Source: Deltaproteobacteria bacterium (GTDB lineage: Bacteria; Desulfobacterota; Syntrophia; Syntrophales; JAFGIO01). From it: a DNA stretch of 49,828 bases. The translations under genes were made by a program, and so were the position numbers. The stretch spans positions 1-49,828 of the forward strand of contig JAFGIO010000030.1 of the NCBI GenBank assembly GCA_016929555.1. The letters run 5' to 3'. The first letter of the stretch is position 1; each line of letters begins with the position of its first letter. The notes beneath the pieces were generated by a model that was given only the letters and a program-made list of their open reading frames with translations, ran no database searches and was not told the DNA's origin. This document shows, piece by piece, positions 1 to 10,218 of this stretch.

Positions 1-849
1 CGAGGCGCCAAGGTCGTGGTCAACGATATGGGCGGTGCCAGGGACGGCGTGGGCTCAGGCGATGCGGCTGCGAACAAGGTCGTTGACGAAATCAAGGCGC
101 AGGGGGGCGTGGCGGTTCCCAATTACGACAACGTCGCGACGGCCAAGGGCGGTGAAAATATCGTCAAGACAGCCCTGGATGCCTTCGGTAAGGTCGATAT
201 CCTGATCAACAATGCCGGCATTCTCCGGGACAAGTCTTTCGTCAAGATGGAGGAAGATACCTGGGACGCCGTCGTGAACGTCCATTTGCGGGGCTCCTAC
301 TGCGTTTCGAGGCCGGCCTTCATCCAGATGAGGGAAAAGGGCTATGGCCGAATCGTCATGACGACCTCCGCCGCCGGCATCTTCGGCAATTTCGGCCAGA
401 CAAACTATTCGGCCGCCAAGAACGGAATCGTTGGGCTGGCCAATACCATGAAGCTGGAAGGCGCCAAGTACAACATCAAGGTCAATGTCCTTGCGCCGCT
501 TGCCGGTACGAGACTGACGGAAGACGTTATGCCGCCGGAAGTCTTCCAGAGGCTGAAGGTTGAATACGTGACCCCCGTCGTGATGTATATGTGTTCCGAG
601 CAGTGCCAGGATACGGGCGTCATCGTCAACGCCGGGGCCGGATATTTCAGCCGCTCCGCCATGATGACGGGTCCGGGCGCGATCCTGACCGATGCGTCGG
701 CAAAGGTTCCCACGGCTGAAGACATCTCGGATAACTGGGCCAAGATCACCTCTTTGGAAAATCCGAAGTATTTCTTCGATGCCAACGGCATATTCCCGGA
801 GATGGAGGCCGTGCTGAGCGGTGATGCGAAAGTAGGGCCGCAGAAATAA
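1..849 (+). CDS. SDR-family oxidoreductase, 3-hydroxyacyl-CoA dehydrogenase-like (MFE-2 type); 5' end cut by window edge
   Basis: Frame 1 is open from nt 1 (RGAKVVVND...) to TAA at 847-849. It has the NNAG motif (ILINNAGIL) and the catalytic YSAAK motif. Confidence 0.8.
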   Translation, partial: RGAKVVVNDMGGARDGVGSGDAAANKVVDEIKAQGGVAVPNYDNVATAKGGENIVKTALDAFGKVDILINNAGILRDKSFVKMEEDTWDAVVNVHLRGSYCVSRPAFIQMREKGYGRIVMTTSAAGIFGNFGQTNYSAAKNGIVGLANTMKLEGAKYNIKVNVLAPLAGTRLTEDVMPPEVFQRLKVEYVTPVVMYMCSEQCQDTGVIVNAGAGYFSRSAMMTGPGAILTDASAKVPTAEDISDNWAKITSLENPKYFFDANGIFPEMEAVLSGDAKVGPQK

Positions 850-871
850 GTTGCTTTCATTTCAGAATCTT

Positions 872-903
872 CCCGCCGCCCCGCTTCCGAGGGGGGCGGT
901 GGG
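872..903 (+). terminator. GC-rich hairpin downstream of the SDR gene (possible terminator / repeat-family member)
   Basis: cccgccgcccc (872-882) pairs with ggggcggtggg (893-903): 11 bp including one G-U, with a 10-nt loop. It lies 23 nt after the stop codon. There is no U-tract. Confidence 0.35.
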
Positions 904-1050
904 ATCTCATCATCCTGGCGTGATGGATCGCGATCATCATGGCTTCTTCAGAGACCTTACCTGTTCAGCCTGACAAGATGGTCCCGGCCGGGGCCTTTCG
1001 CTGCTGATTCCTCACCGTGACCGTTCATAGCATATGATATTCTGCAGGCC

Positions 1051-2055
1051 ATGGAAACAACGGCCGAAAGCCGAGGAGCGGTGCCCGTGTCCAAACCGGC
1101 ATTCTGGAACAACCAGAAGAGGTATTACGATCTAAAGAGCTACTGGCGCAACCGCTTCGGCTGCAATGTGTACAAGGTACCGATCGATGCCGGTTTCACC
1201 TGTCCCAACCGGGACGGAAATCTCGGTGTTGGGGGCTGCATATACTGCGACGGCCGCGGCTCGCTGCTGCGGCGGGAGGGGCCTCTGCCATCCGTCACCG
1301 AGCAAATACGCCGAGGGATGGATTATTATCGGAAGCACCGGCAGGCGGGAAGGTTCATCGCCTACTTCCAGACCTTCACCAATACCTACGCGCCGCTGGA
1401 ACGATTGAAGTCCCTCTACGACGAGGCAATGGGTCAGGAGGGAGTTATTGGCCTGGCCGTGGGAACCAGACCGGATTGCCTGCCCGATCCGGTCATCGAT
1501 CTGCTCGAAACCTATGCACAGACCCACGATGTCTGGCTGGAATTGGGTCTCCAGTCCATCCATGACCGGACCCTGTCCCGGCTGAACCGGAAACATGACG
1601 CCCGTGCTTTTGTCGATGCCGTAGGGCGGCTATCGGGCGGAAAGATACAAATTTGTACCCACATCATCGTCGGACTGCCGGGTGAGAGCCGCGAGGACAT
1701 GATCGAGACGGCCCGGGCGCTGTCCCGTTTGCCGATCGACGCCGTGAAGATCCACGCCCTGCTGTACCTGAAGGGGACCGCCCTGGGCGAGCTTTTCGAG
1801 AAGGGCGGCATCCACCCGATGACGATGGAAATCTACGTGCAGACGGTCTGCGACATCCTGGAAATCCTGCCGCCGGATAGGGTCATCCAGCGGTTGACGG
1901 CCGACGGCTACCGGGACATCTTCCTGGCACCGTCCTGGGCGGCGAACAAGATGGCCGTCCTGAACGCCATCGACGCCGAGCTGGTCCGGCGGGACAGTCA
2001 TCAGGGCATGCGCTTCGTGGGCCGTGACAAGGGGATGGATCCTTTCGAGGCCTGA
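1051..2055 (+). CDS. TIGR01212-family radical SAM protein (YhcC-like)
   Basis: 334 aa. Contains the characteristic CPNRDGNLGVGGCIYCD cluster motif, which in that family replaces the classical CxxxCxxC. Confidence 0.85.
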   Translation: METTAESRGAVPVSKPAFWNNQKRYYDLKSYWRNRFGCNVYKVPIDAGFTCPNRDGNLGVGGCIYCDGRGSLLRREGPLPSVTEQIRRGMDYYRKHRQAGRFIAYFQTFTNTYAPLERLKSLYDEAMGQEGVIGLAVGTRPDCLPDPVIDLLETYAQTHDVWLELGLQSIHDRTLSRLNRKHDARAFVDAVGRLSGGKIQICTHIIVGLPGESREDMIETARALSRLPIDAVKIHALLYLKGTALGELFEKGGIHPMTMEIYVQTVCDILEILPPDRVIQRLTADGYRDIFLAPSWAANKMAVLNAIDAELVRRDSHQGMRFVGRDKGMDPFEA

Positions 2056-2125
2056 CGATGATCGAAGTACGCTTCGGCATGGAATTTGCGTAATAGGGTC
2101 GTTCGGGGAGGAACGACAGGAAATC

Positions 2126-2758
2126 ATGATCGGCATTATCGACTATCGGGCGGGAAACCTGACCAGCGTCGCCAGGGCGCTTCAAAAGCTGGGGCAGCCC
2201 TGCCGGATCACCGATGATCCCGCTGTGCTCGGGGAGGCAACCCATCTCATCTTTCCGGGTGTTGGAGCGGCCGGCGAGGCCATGGCCCATCTGCAGGGCA
2301 AAGGATTGGATCGGTGGATCCGGCAGTGGGTTCGGCAGGGGAAGCCTCTATTGGGCATCTGCCTGGGCACGCAGGTCATCTTTGACCACAGCGAGGAAAA
2401 CGACACGCCCTGCCTGGGCATCCTCAAAGGCTCGGTGCGGAGGTTCCCCGCCGGCCTTGAAAAAGACGGCCTTCCCCTCAAAATTCCCCATATGGGTTGG
2501 AACGAGGTCCGCTTCAAGAATCATCCTGTGTTCGCGGGCCTGCCCAAAGGAGCCGAATTTTATTTCGTTCATTCGTACTATCCCGCTCCCGCCGATGAAG
2601 GCTCGATCATCGGAACCGTCGAGTACGGGCTGACCTTCTGCGCGGCCGTCGCTCAAGGCAACCTCGTTGCCGTTCAGTTCCACCCGGAAAAGAGCGGGAA
2701 CCCGGGGCTTGCGATCCTGGCCAACTTCTGCCGCTGGAGGGGAAACGATGCTCAGTAA
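2126..2758 (+). CDS. hisH: imidazole glycerol phosphate synthase, glutamine amidotransferase subunit
   Basis: [12 protein letters not shown]... with GICLG nucleophile elbow and HSYY/FHPEKS motifs. ATG at 2126 is preceded by the ggggagg RBS. The track ORF start at 2024 overlaps the upstream gene and is unlikely. Confidence 0.9.
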   Translation: MIGIIDYRAGNLTSVARALQKLGQPCRITDDPAVLGEATHLIFPGVGAAGEAMAHLQGKGLDRWIRQWVRQGKPLLGICLGTQVIFDHSEENDTPCLGILKGSVRRFPAGLEKDGLPLKIPHMGWNEVRFKNHPVFAGLPKGAEFYFVHSYYPAPADEGSIIGTVEYGLTFCAAVAQGNLVAVQFHPEKSGNPGLAILANFCRWRGNDAQ

Positions 2759-3527
2759 AAGGATCATTCCCTGCCTGGATGTCCGGGCGGGCCTCTTGAC
2801 CAAGGGTATCCGGTTCGAGAACAACATCGACCTGGGAGATCCCGTGGAGGCCGCCAGGCACTACTACGAGCAGGGGGCCGACGAGATCGTTTTCTACGAT
2901 ATTACCGCTTCTTCCGAAGGCAGGGATATTCTGATCGATGTGGTTCGACGGGTTGCGCAGGAGATCTTTATTCCCTTTTCCGTCGGCGGCGGCCTCCGAA
3001 CCGTGGAGGATATGCGGCGTGTCATTCTGGCCGGCGCGGAGAAGATCAGCGTCAATTCCGAGGCCGTGAAGAATCCCGCCCTTATCGAGGAAGGCGCCGG
3101 CGCCTTCGGAAGCCAATGCGTTGTCCTAGGCATGGACGTCAAGAAGGTGGAGGCATCGGCAAAGATACCCTCGGGCTACGAGGTCGTCATTCACGGGGGG
3201 CGGATCTTCACGGGTATGGACGCCCTCCGGTGGGCCCGGGAAGCCGAGCGTCTGGGGGCAGGGGAGATCTGTCTCAATTCCATCGATGCCGACGGCACGC
3301 AGGATGGATACGAGATCGACCTGACGGCCCTTATCTCTACCCATGTGGGGATTCCCCTGATCGCCTCGGGCGGTGCGGGACGGCCGGAACACCTCCTGGA
3401 GGTGCTGACCCGGGGCCGGGCCGATGCCGCCCTCATCGCCTCCATGGTCCATTACCGGACATACACGGTTGCAGAAATCAAGGATTTTCTTTCGAATCGG
3501 GGCGTCAAGGTCCGAAGGGCCTGGTGA
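2748..3527 (+). CDS. hisF: imidazole glycerol phosphate synthase, cyclase subunit
   Basis: [12 protein letters not shown]..., a typical HisF N-terminus, with SVGGG and ASGGAG phosphate-binding motifs. ATG at 2748 overlaps the hisH stop by 11 nt. Confidence 0.92.
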   Translation: MLSKRIIPCLDVRAGLLTKGIRFENNIDLGDPVEAARHYYEQGADEIVFYDITASSEGRDILIDVVRRVAQEIFIPFSVGGGLRTVEDMRRVILAGAEKISVNSEAVKNPALIEEGAGAFGSQCVVLGMDVKKVEASAKIPSGYEVVIHGGRIFTGMDALRWAREAERLGAGEICLNSIDADGTQDGYEIDLTALISTHVGIPLIASGGAGRPEHLLEVLTRGRADAALIASMVHYRTYTVAEIKDFLSNRGVKVRRAW

Positions 3528-3582
3528 AGCCTTCACCACACCGCCGACCCGCCGGAAAATAAAAAAGGAAACCTGAACCATC

Positions 3583-3611
3583 TTGATTATTCTTTGGGGG
3601 GGATATATACT
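3583..3611 (+). promoter_or_regulatory. sigma-70-type promoter candidate for pdxS-pdxT
   Basis: TTGATT (3583-3588), 17-nt spacer, TATACT (3606-3611), about 60 nt upstream of the pdxS GTG start. Confidence 0.5.
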
Positions 3612-3670
3612 TACCGACGGAAATCCCAGGAAAAAAATAAATACTTAGGAGTCAGGGAGGCAAGAAGGAC

Positions 3671-4552
3671 GTGGACGCAAGAAGGCATCAACTCAATGTC
3701 CAACTGGCGCAAATGCTCAAGGGCGGCGTCATCATGGACGTAACCAATGTGGAACAGGCGAAGATCGCCGAAGAGGCGGGCGCCGTGGCCGTTATGGCGC
3801 TGGAGCGGGTGCCCGCCGATATCCGGCGGGACGGCGGCGTGGCCCGGATGTCCGACCCGGCCATGATCGCCGAGATCAAGCGGGCGGTATCGATTCCGGT
3901 CATGGCCAAGGCGAGGATCGGACACTTTGTGGAGGCCCAGCTCCTGGAGGCCCTGAAGATCGACTACATCGACGAAAGCGAGGTGCTGACCCCTGCCGAC
4001 GAGGAGTGCCACATCGACAAGAAGCTCTTTTCCATTCCCTTCGTCTGCGGTGCCAGGAACCTCGGGGAGGCGCTCCGGCGCATCGCCGAGGGGGCGGCCA
4101 TGATCCGTACAAAGGGTGAGGCGGGAACCGGCAATGTCGTCGAGGCCGTACGCCACATGCGGACGATGAATCGGGGAATCCGACAGCTGGCGGGCATGCC
4201 TCCGGAAGAGGTGACGGGATACGCCAAGGAGAACGGCATCCCTTATGAATTGGCCCTCCAGGTAAGGGAACTGGGCAGGCTGCCCGTGGTGAACTTCGCC
4301 GCAGGCGGGATCGCCACTCCCGCAGATGCAGCCCTCATGATGCAATTGGGCTGCGACGGCATCTTTGTCGGTTCGGGCATCTTCAAATCCGCGGATCCGG
4401 CCGTGCGGGCCCGGGCCATCGTGAAGGCGACGGCCTATTACAACGACCCGGAAAAGGTTCTCGAGGCGTCCATGGGCCTGGGGGAGGCCATGGCAGGATT
4501 GGAGATATCCCAGATCCCCAAGGAGCAGCTCCTGGCCGGTCGGGGCTGGTAG
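3671..4552 (+). CDS. pdxS: pyridoxal 5'-phosphate synthase, lyase subunit
   Basis: 293 aa, GTG start after the agggagg RBS. Strongly conserved PdxS motifs: [39 protein letters not shown]. Confidence 0.93.
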   Translation: MDARRHQLNVQLAQMLKGGVIMDVTNVEQAKIAEEAGAVAVMALERVPADIRRDGGVARMSDPAMIAEIKRAVSIPVMAKARIGHFVEAQLLEALKIDYIDESEVLTPADEECHIDKKLFSIPFVCGARNLGEALRRIAEGAAMIRTKGEAGTGNVVEAVRHMRTMNRGIRQLAGMPPEEVTGYAKENGIPYELALQVRELGRLPVVNFAAGGIATPADAALMMQLGCDGIFVGSGIFKSADPAVRARAIVKATAYYNDPEKVLEASMGLGEAMAGLEISQIPKEQLLAGRGW

Positions 4553-4596
4553 CGGTCCTTCCGTTGGCCGTTGCCATGAGGGGATATAACTGACCG

Positions 4597-5262
4597 ATGG
4601 GCGACCGCACCTTATCCGCAATCGGCGTTCTGAATCTCCAGGGCGATGTGGCGGAGCACCTCGATCATCTGGCCCGTCTGGGTATCGAGGGCACGCCGGT
4701 CAAGGAGCCGGCTGCCCTGAGCGGGCTGGCCGGCCTGATCATTCCGGGGGGTGAAAGCACCTGCCTTGCCCGCCTGATGCGCACCTTCGGCATCGCACAA
4801 GCTATAGAGAATGAATTCCGCAGGGGAATGAAGATCTGGGGAACCTGCGCCGGCGCCATCCTGATGGCTCGGGAGGTCGTCGGCGAAGCACCCTGCCTCG
4901 GCCTTATCGATCTGGTCATCGAACGAAACAGTTTCGGAAGCCAGCTGGACAGCTTCATCAGCGAAGCCGTTATCCCCCGCGTATCGGAAAGACCCCTGCC
5001 GCTCGTCTTCATCCGGGCGCCGAAGGTTCTCAGGATCGGACCCGGCGTGAAGGAGCTTCTGCGAATCGATGACTACATCGCGGCAGCGGAAAGCGGCGAG
5101 GCCCTCGTGACCGTCTTCCATCCCGAAATGACACCCTCCGTAGCCTTTCACAGGTATTTCGCCAGGAAATGCGGGCTTGATCCCTATGGCCCGGATCTTC
5201 AGCCCGACGTGGATCCGAAATGGATCACAACAAGCTGGACCCGGCTCGCACGAATTATCTGA
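4597..5262 (+). CDS. pdxT: pyridoxal 5'-phosphate synthase, glutaminase subunit
   Basis: IGVLNLQGDVAEH, PGGEST, GTCAG (Cys nucleophile) and FHPE motifs. About 25 aa longer at the C-terminus than I would expect for PdxT. Confidence 0.88.
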   Translation: MGDRTLSAIGVLNLQGDVAEHLDHLARLGIEGTPVKEPAALSGLAGLIIPGGESTCLARLMRTFGIAQAIENEFRRGMKIWGTCAGAILMAREVVGEAPCLGLIDLVIERNSFGSQLDSFISEAVIPRVSERPLPLVFIRAPKVLRIGPGVKELLRIDDYIAAAESGEALVTVFHPEMTPSVAFHRYFARKCGLDPYGPDLQPDVDPKWITTSWTRLARII

Positions 5263-5341
5263 CGGATTCCCGTCGGCATGAGAAAACGGTCCGTCCGCCA
5301 GGGGGAGGGGCCACGAAAAGGAAAGCCCCCTCTCGAAGAGC

Positions 5342-5358
5342 GGGCAAATCGTTTGCCC
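5342..5358 (+). terminator. hairpin between pdxT and the mnmG promoter
   Basis: GGGCAAA-tcg-TTTGCCC: perfect 7-bp stem followed by tt. It lies downstream of the pdxT stop and just upstream of the predicted mnmG promoter. Confidence 0.4.
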
Positions 5359-5380
5359 TTCAATCCTCGAAAAACCCGCC

Positions 5381-5409
5381 TTGCCATTCCGGTCTTTTAT
5401 CTATAGAAT
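5381..5409 (+). promoter_or_regulatory. sigma-70-type promoter candidate for mnmG
   Basis: TTGCCA (5381-5386), 17-nt spacer, TAGAAT (5404-5409). The gggagg RBS is at 5431-5436 and the TTG start at 5443. Confidence 0.45.
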
Positions 5410-5442
5410 CTATCCTGTAAACCCTGTAGCGGGAGGTCTTTT

Positions 5443-7332
5443 TTGTACCCTCATTATGATATCATCGTCGTGGGCGGCGGACACGCCGGCTGCGAGGCGG
5501 CCCTGGCGGCGGCCCGGATGGGCTGCGAGGTGATCCTCTTCAATATCAACCTGGATTCCGTCGCCCTCATGTCCTGCAACCCCGCCATCGGAGGCCTGGC
5601 CAAGGGCCAGCTCGTCAAGGAGATCGACGCCCTGGGCGGCGAGATGGGCAGGATCGCCGACAGGACGGCGATCCATTTCCGGCTTCTCAACGCCTCGAAG
5701 GGGCCGGCGGTGCAGTCGTCGCGGTTTCAGTGCGACAAGCAGCTTTACCGGCTCGCCATGAAGGCCGTCGTGGAAAGAGAAAGCCGCCTCCATCTGCGTC
5801 AGAGCCTGGTGGAGCGCCTTCTCGTGGAAGGGGACCGGGTAACGGGCGTCCAGGATCAGACAGGTTTCTGTTACGGCGCAAAGGCCGTGGTCATTGCCAC
5901 GGGAACTTTCCTCGACGGCTTGATCCATATCGGCAAGGCCAGCTTCCCGGCGGGGCGTGCCGGCGAGGTGGCCTCGCTGACCCTTGCCCGTTCTCTGCGG
6001 GAGATGGGCTTCGATATGGGACGCATGAAGACGGGGACGCCGCCCCGGCTGCGCTCATCCTCCATCGACTTTTCCCGGCTCGTTCGCCAGGACAGCGATC
6101 CCGACCCGATGCCTTTTTCCTTCACCACAGAGCAGCTTCGCCCGGAACGTCTTCCGTCCTTCTTCAGCGGCACCCATGCCGAGACCCACCGCCTCATCCG
6201 CGAGAATATCGCCTGCTCTCCACTCTATTCCGGCGTTATCAAGGGAATCAGCGCCCGCTATTGTCCCTCTCTGGAGGATAAGGTGATGCGCTTCGCGGGC
6301 AAGGAAAGCCATCCCGTCGTCCTGGAGCACGAAGGGCTGGATACGGAAGAGGTCTATGCCAAGGGGCTGGGAAACTGCATGCCGCCGGAACTCCAGGAGC
6401 GGATCGTCCACAGCGTGCCGGGCCTCGAAGCGGCCGAGATCATGCGTTCCGCCTACGCCATCGAATACGATTTCGTTCAGCCTACCCAGCTCAAACGAAC
6501 CCTGGAAACGAAGGCCGTCGCAGGCCTCTACCTCGCCGGTCAGATCAACGGCACTTCGGGTTACGAGGAGGCCGCCGCCCAGGGTCTCTGGGCCGGCATC
6601 AATGCGGCCCTCGCCGTCCAGGGGAAGCCTCCCTTTATCCTCGACCGGGCCGACGCCTATATGGGGGTCCTGATCGACGATCTGGTCGTTCGAGGGGTGG
6701 ATGAACCCTATCGGATGTTCACCTCCCGGGCCGAATACCGTCTCATCCTTCGGGAAGACAATGCCGTTTTCCGCCTCTTGGGCAAGGGTTTCGAGCTCGG
6801 CCTGATCGCCCGGGAGCACTTTGAGCGGCTCCAGGAAAAGATCCGGAAGGTTGAGGAGGGTCTTACATCACTTGCCGCCGTTACAATTTACCCTACAGAG
6901 CAGGCCAACGAGGCCCTCGCGAGCCTGGGTACGGCCGCGATCCGGAATCCGGTAACGCTGGCCCAGCTTCTGAAGCGCAACGAAATCGGTTACGACGATC
7001 TCAAGGGGTTTTCGGGCTGGCAGCCCGTCGGCGACCGGGACGTGAAAAAGCAGATCGAGATCGAAACGAAGTACGAAGGATACATCAAACGGCAAATCGA
7101 GGCGGTTCGGAAACTGCGGGAGATGGAAGCGAAGCGGATCCCTCCGGGATTGGATTATCTCTCCCTTCCGGGGCTTTCCAACGAACTGAAGATGAAGCTT
7201 ATGAGAATCGAACCCGCCACCATCGGACAAGCCGAGAGAATCCCCGGGATGACCCAGGCCGCCCTTACCGCTATCCTGGTCGGCATAAGAAAGATGGAAG
7301 TCGCCTCCGGTCCGCCTCCGGAGGCTGCTTAG
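5443..7332 (+). CDS. mnmG: tRNA uridine-5-carboxymethylaminomethyl(34) synthesis enzyme MnmG (GidA)
   Basis: 629 aa. N-terminal [19 protein letters not shown] fold, [17 protein letters not shown] motif, typical MnmG length. Confidence 0.95.
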   Translation: MYPHYDIIVVGGGHAGCEAALAAARMGCEVILFNINLDSVALMSCNPAIGGLAKGQLVKEIDALGGEMGRIADRTAIHFRLLNASKGPAVQSSRFQCDKQLYRLAMKAVVERESRLHLRQSLVERLLVEGDRVTGVQDQTGFCYGAKAVVIATGTFLDGLIHIGKASFPAGRAGEVASLTLARSLREMGFDMGRMKTGTPPRLRSSSIDFSRLVRQDSDPDPMPFSFTTEQLRPERLPSFFSGTHAETHRLIRENIACSPLYSGVIKGISARYCPSLEDKVMRFAGKESHPVVLEHEGLDTEEVYAKGLGNCMPPELQERIVHSVPGLEAAEIMRSAYAIEYDFVQPTQLKRTLETKAVAGLYLAGQINGTSGYEEAAAQGLWAGINAALAVQGKPPFILDRADAYMGVLIDDLVVRGVDEPYRMFTSRAEYRLILREDNAVFRLLGKGFELGLIAREHFERLQEKIRKVEEGLTSLAAVTIYPTEQANEALASLGTAAIRNPVTLAQLLKRNEIGYDDLKGFSGWQPVGDRDVKKQIEIETKYEGYIKRQIEAVRKLREMEAKRIPPGLDYLSLPGLSNELKMKLMRIEPATIGQAERIPGMTQAALTAILVGIRKMEVASGPPPEAA

Positions 7333-7377
7333 GGGCTGCCCGGCACATTGCTTTCATCTCATTTATCAGGAGGATAC

Positions 7378-8844
7378 ATGAAAACCCAATCCATGACCAT
7401 TCTCATTGCCAAGGCAAAAAAAGAGATCGCCATCCCGGCGAAAATGGCAAACCGGCACGGCCTCATAGCGGGCGCCACCGGCACCGGAAAGACGGTGACG
7501 CTTCGGGTGTTGGCGGAGCGGTTCAGCGACCTCGGCACTCCGGTCATCCTGGCCGACGTCAAGGGAGACCTCTCGGCCCTATGCCGCCCGGGCGGCGACA
7601 ATCCCAAGGTTGCCGAACGGATCGAGGCGCTGGGACTCAAAGACTTCACCTTCGAGGGATACCCCGTCGTCTTCTGGGATGTCTTCGGGCAGAAGGGCCA
7701 TCCGCTGCGGACGACCATTTCCGAGATGGGTCCCCTGCTCTTGAGCCGGATCCTCAACCTGAACGATACCCAGAGCGGCGTTCTCAATGCGGTTTTCAAG
7801 ATCGCCGACGATGAGGGACTTCTGCTGCTCGATCTCAAGGATCTACGATCGATGCTGCAATTCGTCGGCGACAATCCCGATCAATTTCGGACCGGCTACG
7901 GGAATATCTCGAAGGCAAGCATCGGCGCCATCCAGAGGAATCTGCTGGTCCTCGAAGAACAGGGTGGAGACATCTTTTTCGGAGAACCGGCCCTGAACAT
8001 CCAGGACACCCTCCAGACAGACTCCAATGGAAAGGGCATCCTCAACATCATCGCCGCCGATCGACTGATGCAGTCTCCCAAACTCTACGCAACCTTTCTG
8101 CTTTGGCTTTTGGCCGAGCTCTTCGAGCAGCTTCCCGAGGTGGGGGATCCCCCGAAGCCGAAGCTCATCTTCTTCTTCGACGAAGCCCATCTGCTCTTTA
8201 CGGATGCGCCGAAGGCCCTGGAAGAGAAAATAGTACAGGTTGTGCGCCTCATCCGCTCCAAGGGCGTGGGCGTTTATTTTGTTACCCAGAACCCTCTCGA
8301 TCTTCCCGATGAAGTGCTGGGACAGCTCGGAAACCGCGTACAGCATGCTCTCCGGGCATTTACGCCCCGCGATCAGAAGGCGGTCAAGGCCGCGGCCGAA
8401 ACGTTCCGGGCCAATCCGAAGCTCGACGTGTCGAAGGCCATCCTGGAGCTGGGCGTCGGCGAGGCCCTCGTCTCCGTTCAGGATGCAAAGGGAACACCGG
8501 GCATCGTGGAGCAGGCCTGGATCATGCCGCCCCGCAGCCGTCTCGGCATCCTGAGCGCAGAGGAAACGTCTCAGGCCATCAGGGGATCGGTCCTTTACGG
8601 CCATTACGAGAAGATCCTGGATCGGGACAGTGCTTATGAGATCCTGAAGGCTCGGACCGAGCAGATTCAGCGGGAGAAAGAGGCGGCATCGGCGGAAAGG
8701 GGACGGGGGAGAGAAGACAAATCCGAGATGGGACAGATGCTCTCTGCCGCCGTGAAGAGCGCCGCTCACGCCATCGGAAGCCAGCTCGGCCGCCAGATCA
8801 TCCGTGGCGTTCTGGGATCGCTTTTCGGCGGACGGAAGAGATAA
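7378..8844 (+). CDS. HerA-like / DUF853 (YjgR-type) P-loop NTPase
   Basis: Walker A GATGTGKT, Walker B-like LIFFFDEAH, basic C-terminal tail. ATG at 7378 follows the caggagga RBS. The track start at 7348 is a TTG with no RBS. Confidence 0.8.
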   Translation: MKTQSMTILIAKAKKEIAIPAKMANRHGLIAGATGTGKTVTLRVLAERFSDLGTPVILADVKGDLSALCRPGGDNPKVAERIEALGLKDFTFEGYPVVFWDVFGQKGHPLRTTISEMGPLLLSRILNLNDTQSGVLNAVFKIADDEGLLLLDLKDLRSMLQFVGDNPDQFRTGYGNISKASIGAIQRNLLVLEEQGGDIFFGEPALNIQDTLQTDSNGKGILNIIAADRLMQSPKLYATFLLWLLAELFEQLPEVGDPPKPKLIFFFDEAHLLFTDAPKALEEKIVQVVRLIRSKGVGVYFVTQNPLDLPDEVLGQLGNRVQHALRAFTPRDQKAVKAAAETFRANPKLDVSKAILELGVGEALVSVQDAKGTPGIVEQAWIMPPRSRLGILSAEETSQAIRGSVLYGHYEKILDRDSAYEILKARTEQIQREKEAASAERGRGREDKSEMGQMLSAAVKSAAHAIGSQLGRQIIRGVLGSLFGGRKR

Positions 8845-8882
8845 TCTTGATAAGATGAAAGGCTTAGCGGGGGCCTTGGGTA

Positions 8883-9161
8883 TCAGCCCCCCGCAGCGGG
8901 CGGAAAGAGGGCGATGACATCGCCGTCGCCGATCTGCGTTTCCAACTGGTCGAGAAAGTCGATATTTCTGCCGTTTTTCAGTATATTGTTGAGGGGCTTC
9001 AACTGGCCCGGCCCGTCGAAAAGGGCCTCTTGAAATCCCCCGTGGGATTCACCCAAGGCAGCGAGAAGCCCCCGAATCGTTTCCCCTTCGGGAAGCTCGA
9101 TTTCCAGCTCCTTGCCTAGGATATCACGGAGGTGTGCAAAGGCCCTGACCGTCACCTTCAT
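8883..9161 (-). CDS. MoaD/ThiS-family ubiquitin-like sulfur carrier (C-terminal GG)
   Basis: 92 aa ending ...LFPPAAGG, a beta-grasp MoaD-like sequence. Its start overlaps the stop of the upstream E1-like gene (ATGA). Confidence 0.8.
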   Translation of the reverse strand: MKVTVRAFAHLRDILGKELEIELPEGETIRGLLAALGESHGGFQEALFDGPGQLKPLNNILKNGRNIDFLDQLETQIGDGDVIALFPPAAGG

Positions 9162-9913
9162 GTTCCCTCACCCCCGACAGCAAAAGGCCCGCAGTCGATA
9201 CAACTGGGATTCCGGGAAATATCGATCCCGTCCATCTCGCCGTGCAGGCCGTCCCAGAACAGCAGCTTTCCCAATGGGGTCCCTTTGCCGGATAGATACT
9301 TGATGACTTCGGTCGCCTGAATGGAGCCGATGACGCCACAGGTGGCGCCCACGATGGGGGAGGTCTCGGCAGGCGGGCCTTCCGGAAAGATGCAGCGCAG
9401 ACAGGCCGTCCTGCCGGGCAGGATGGTCGCCGCCTGACCGTAAAACCCTCGAACCGCCCCGTGAAAGAAAGGAATGCGGCGGGCTACGGCGGCTCGGTTC
9501 AGAAGGTAGCGGGTCGGGAAATTATCCATGGCATCAACGATCAGATCCACATCTCCGGCAAAGACGGAGACACTGCTCTCGTCGATGGTTCCGCTGTCAA
9601 TTTCCAGACTGATCTGGGGATTCAGGGCCAGAAGCTTCTTCTCTGCCGATGCTGTTTTGGGCTGGTTTATATCGCCGCTCCAGTGGAGGATCTGTCGGTT
9701 GAGATTGCTCGAATCGACCCTGTCATGGTCCACCAGCCGGATAAAGCCGATGCCCGCCGCCGCCAGATAGAGGGCGATGACGGAACCCAGCCCCCCGGCG
9801 CCGGCGATCAGAACCCTGGCCTGACGAATCTTCTCCTGTCCCTCCACCCCGAGAATCGGGATTTGACGGCTGTAACGTCCGTTCAGCCCGTTCCTGTTCT
9901 CCTTTTCACCCAT
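9158..9913 (-). CDS. ThiF/MoeB/HesA-family E1-like adenylyltransferase
   Basis: 251 aa. Nucleotide-binding VLIAGAGGLGS, SNLNRQ motif, two CxxC pairs (CLRC...CIDC). No rhodanese domain. Confidence 0.85.
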   Translation of the reverse strand: MGEKENRNGLNGRYSRQIPILGVEGQEKIRQARVLIAGAGGLGSVIALYLAAAGIGFIRLVDHDRVDSSNLNRQILHWSGDINQPKTASAEKKLLALNPQISLEIDSGTIDESSVSVFAGDVDLIVDAMDNFPTRYLLNRAAVARRIPFFHGAVRGFYGQAATILPGRTACLRCIFPEGPPAETSPIVGATCGVIGSIQATEVIKYLSGKGTPLGKLLFWDGLHGEMDGIDISRNPSCIDCGPFAVGGEGT

Positions 9914-9938
9914 CAGGAATGCCTCCGCTCCGGCCGGC

Positions 9939-10136
9939 CTAAGCGGCGGGCCGTTTCCAGGGGGAAAACACGGGCACTCGCTTCTTGCAGCTCCGATAGT
10001 CCTCCCCGAAGCGCCTTTCCCGCTCCGTCTCCTCGACAGCCGTGATTTCCAGGCAGAGGATCAGCAGAAGGAGGAACGTAAAGAGGAAAATGAAATCAAT
10101 AACCCTGCTGCGTACTCCCACAACGACATCCACCAA
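9939..10136 (-). pseudogene. probable relic of an isoprenylcysteine carboxyl methyltransferase (ICMT/PEMT)-family membrane methyltransferase (C-terminal ~45 aa only)
   Basis: ...FLLLLILCLEITAVEETERERRFGEDYRSCKKRVP resembles the family's C-terminal EE-x-L-x-x-x-FG-x-x-Y-x-x-Y-x-x-x-VP signature. The ORF opens right after a TAA, has only TTG/GTG starts and no RBS. Confidence 0.35.
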
Positions 10137-10218
10137 GATACATTATTGTACATCTGCATCGAAACTCTTGTTGCACAAATATATCGAATCATGTTAACAA
10201 TCAACAACAAAGTGGGCC

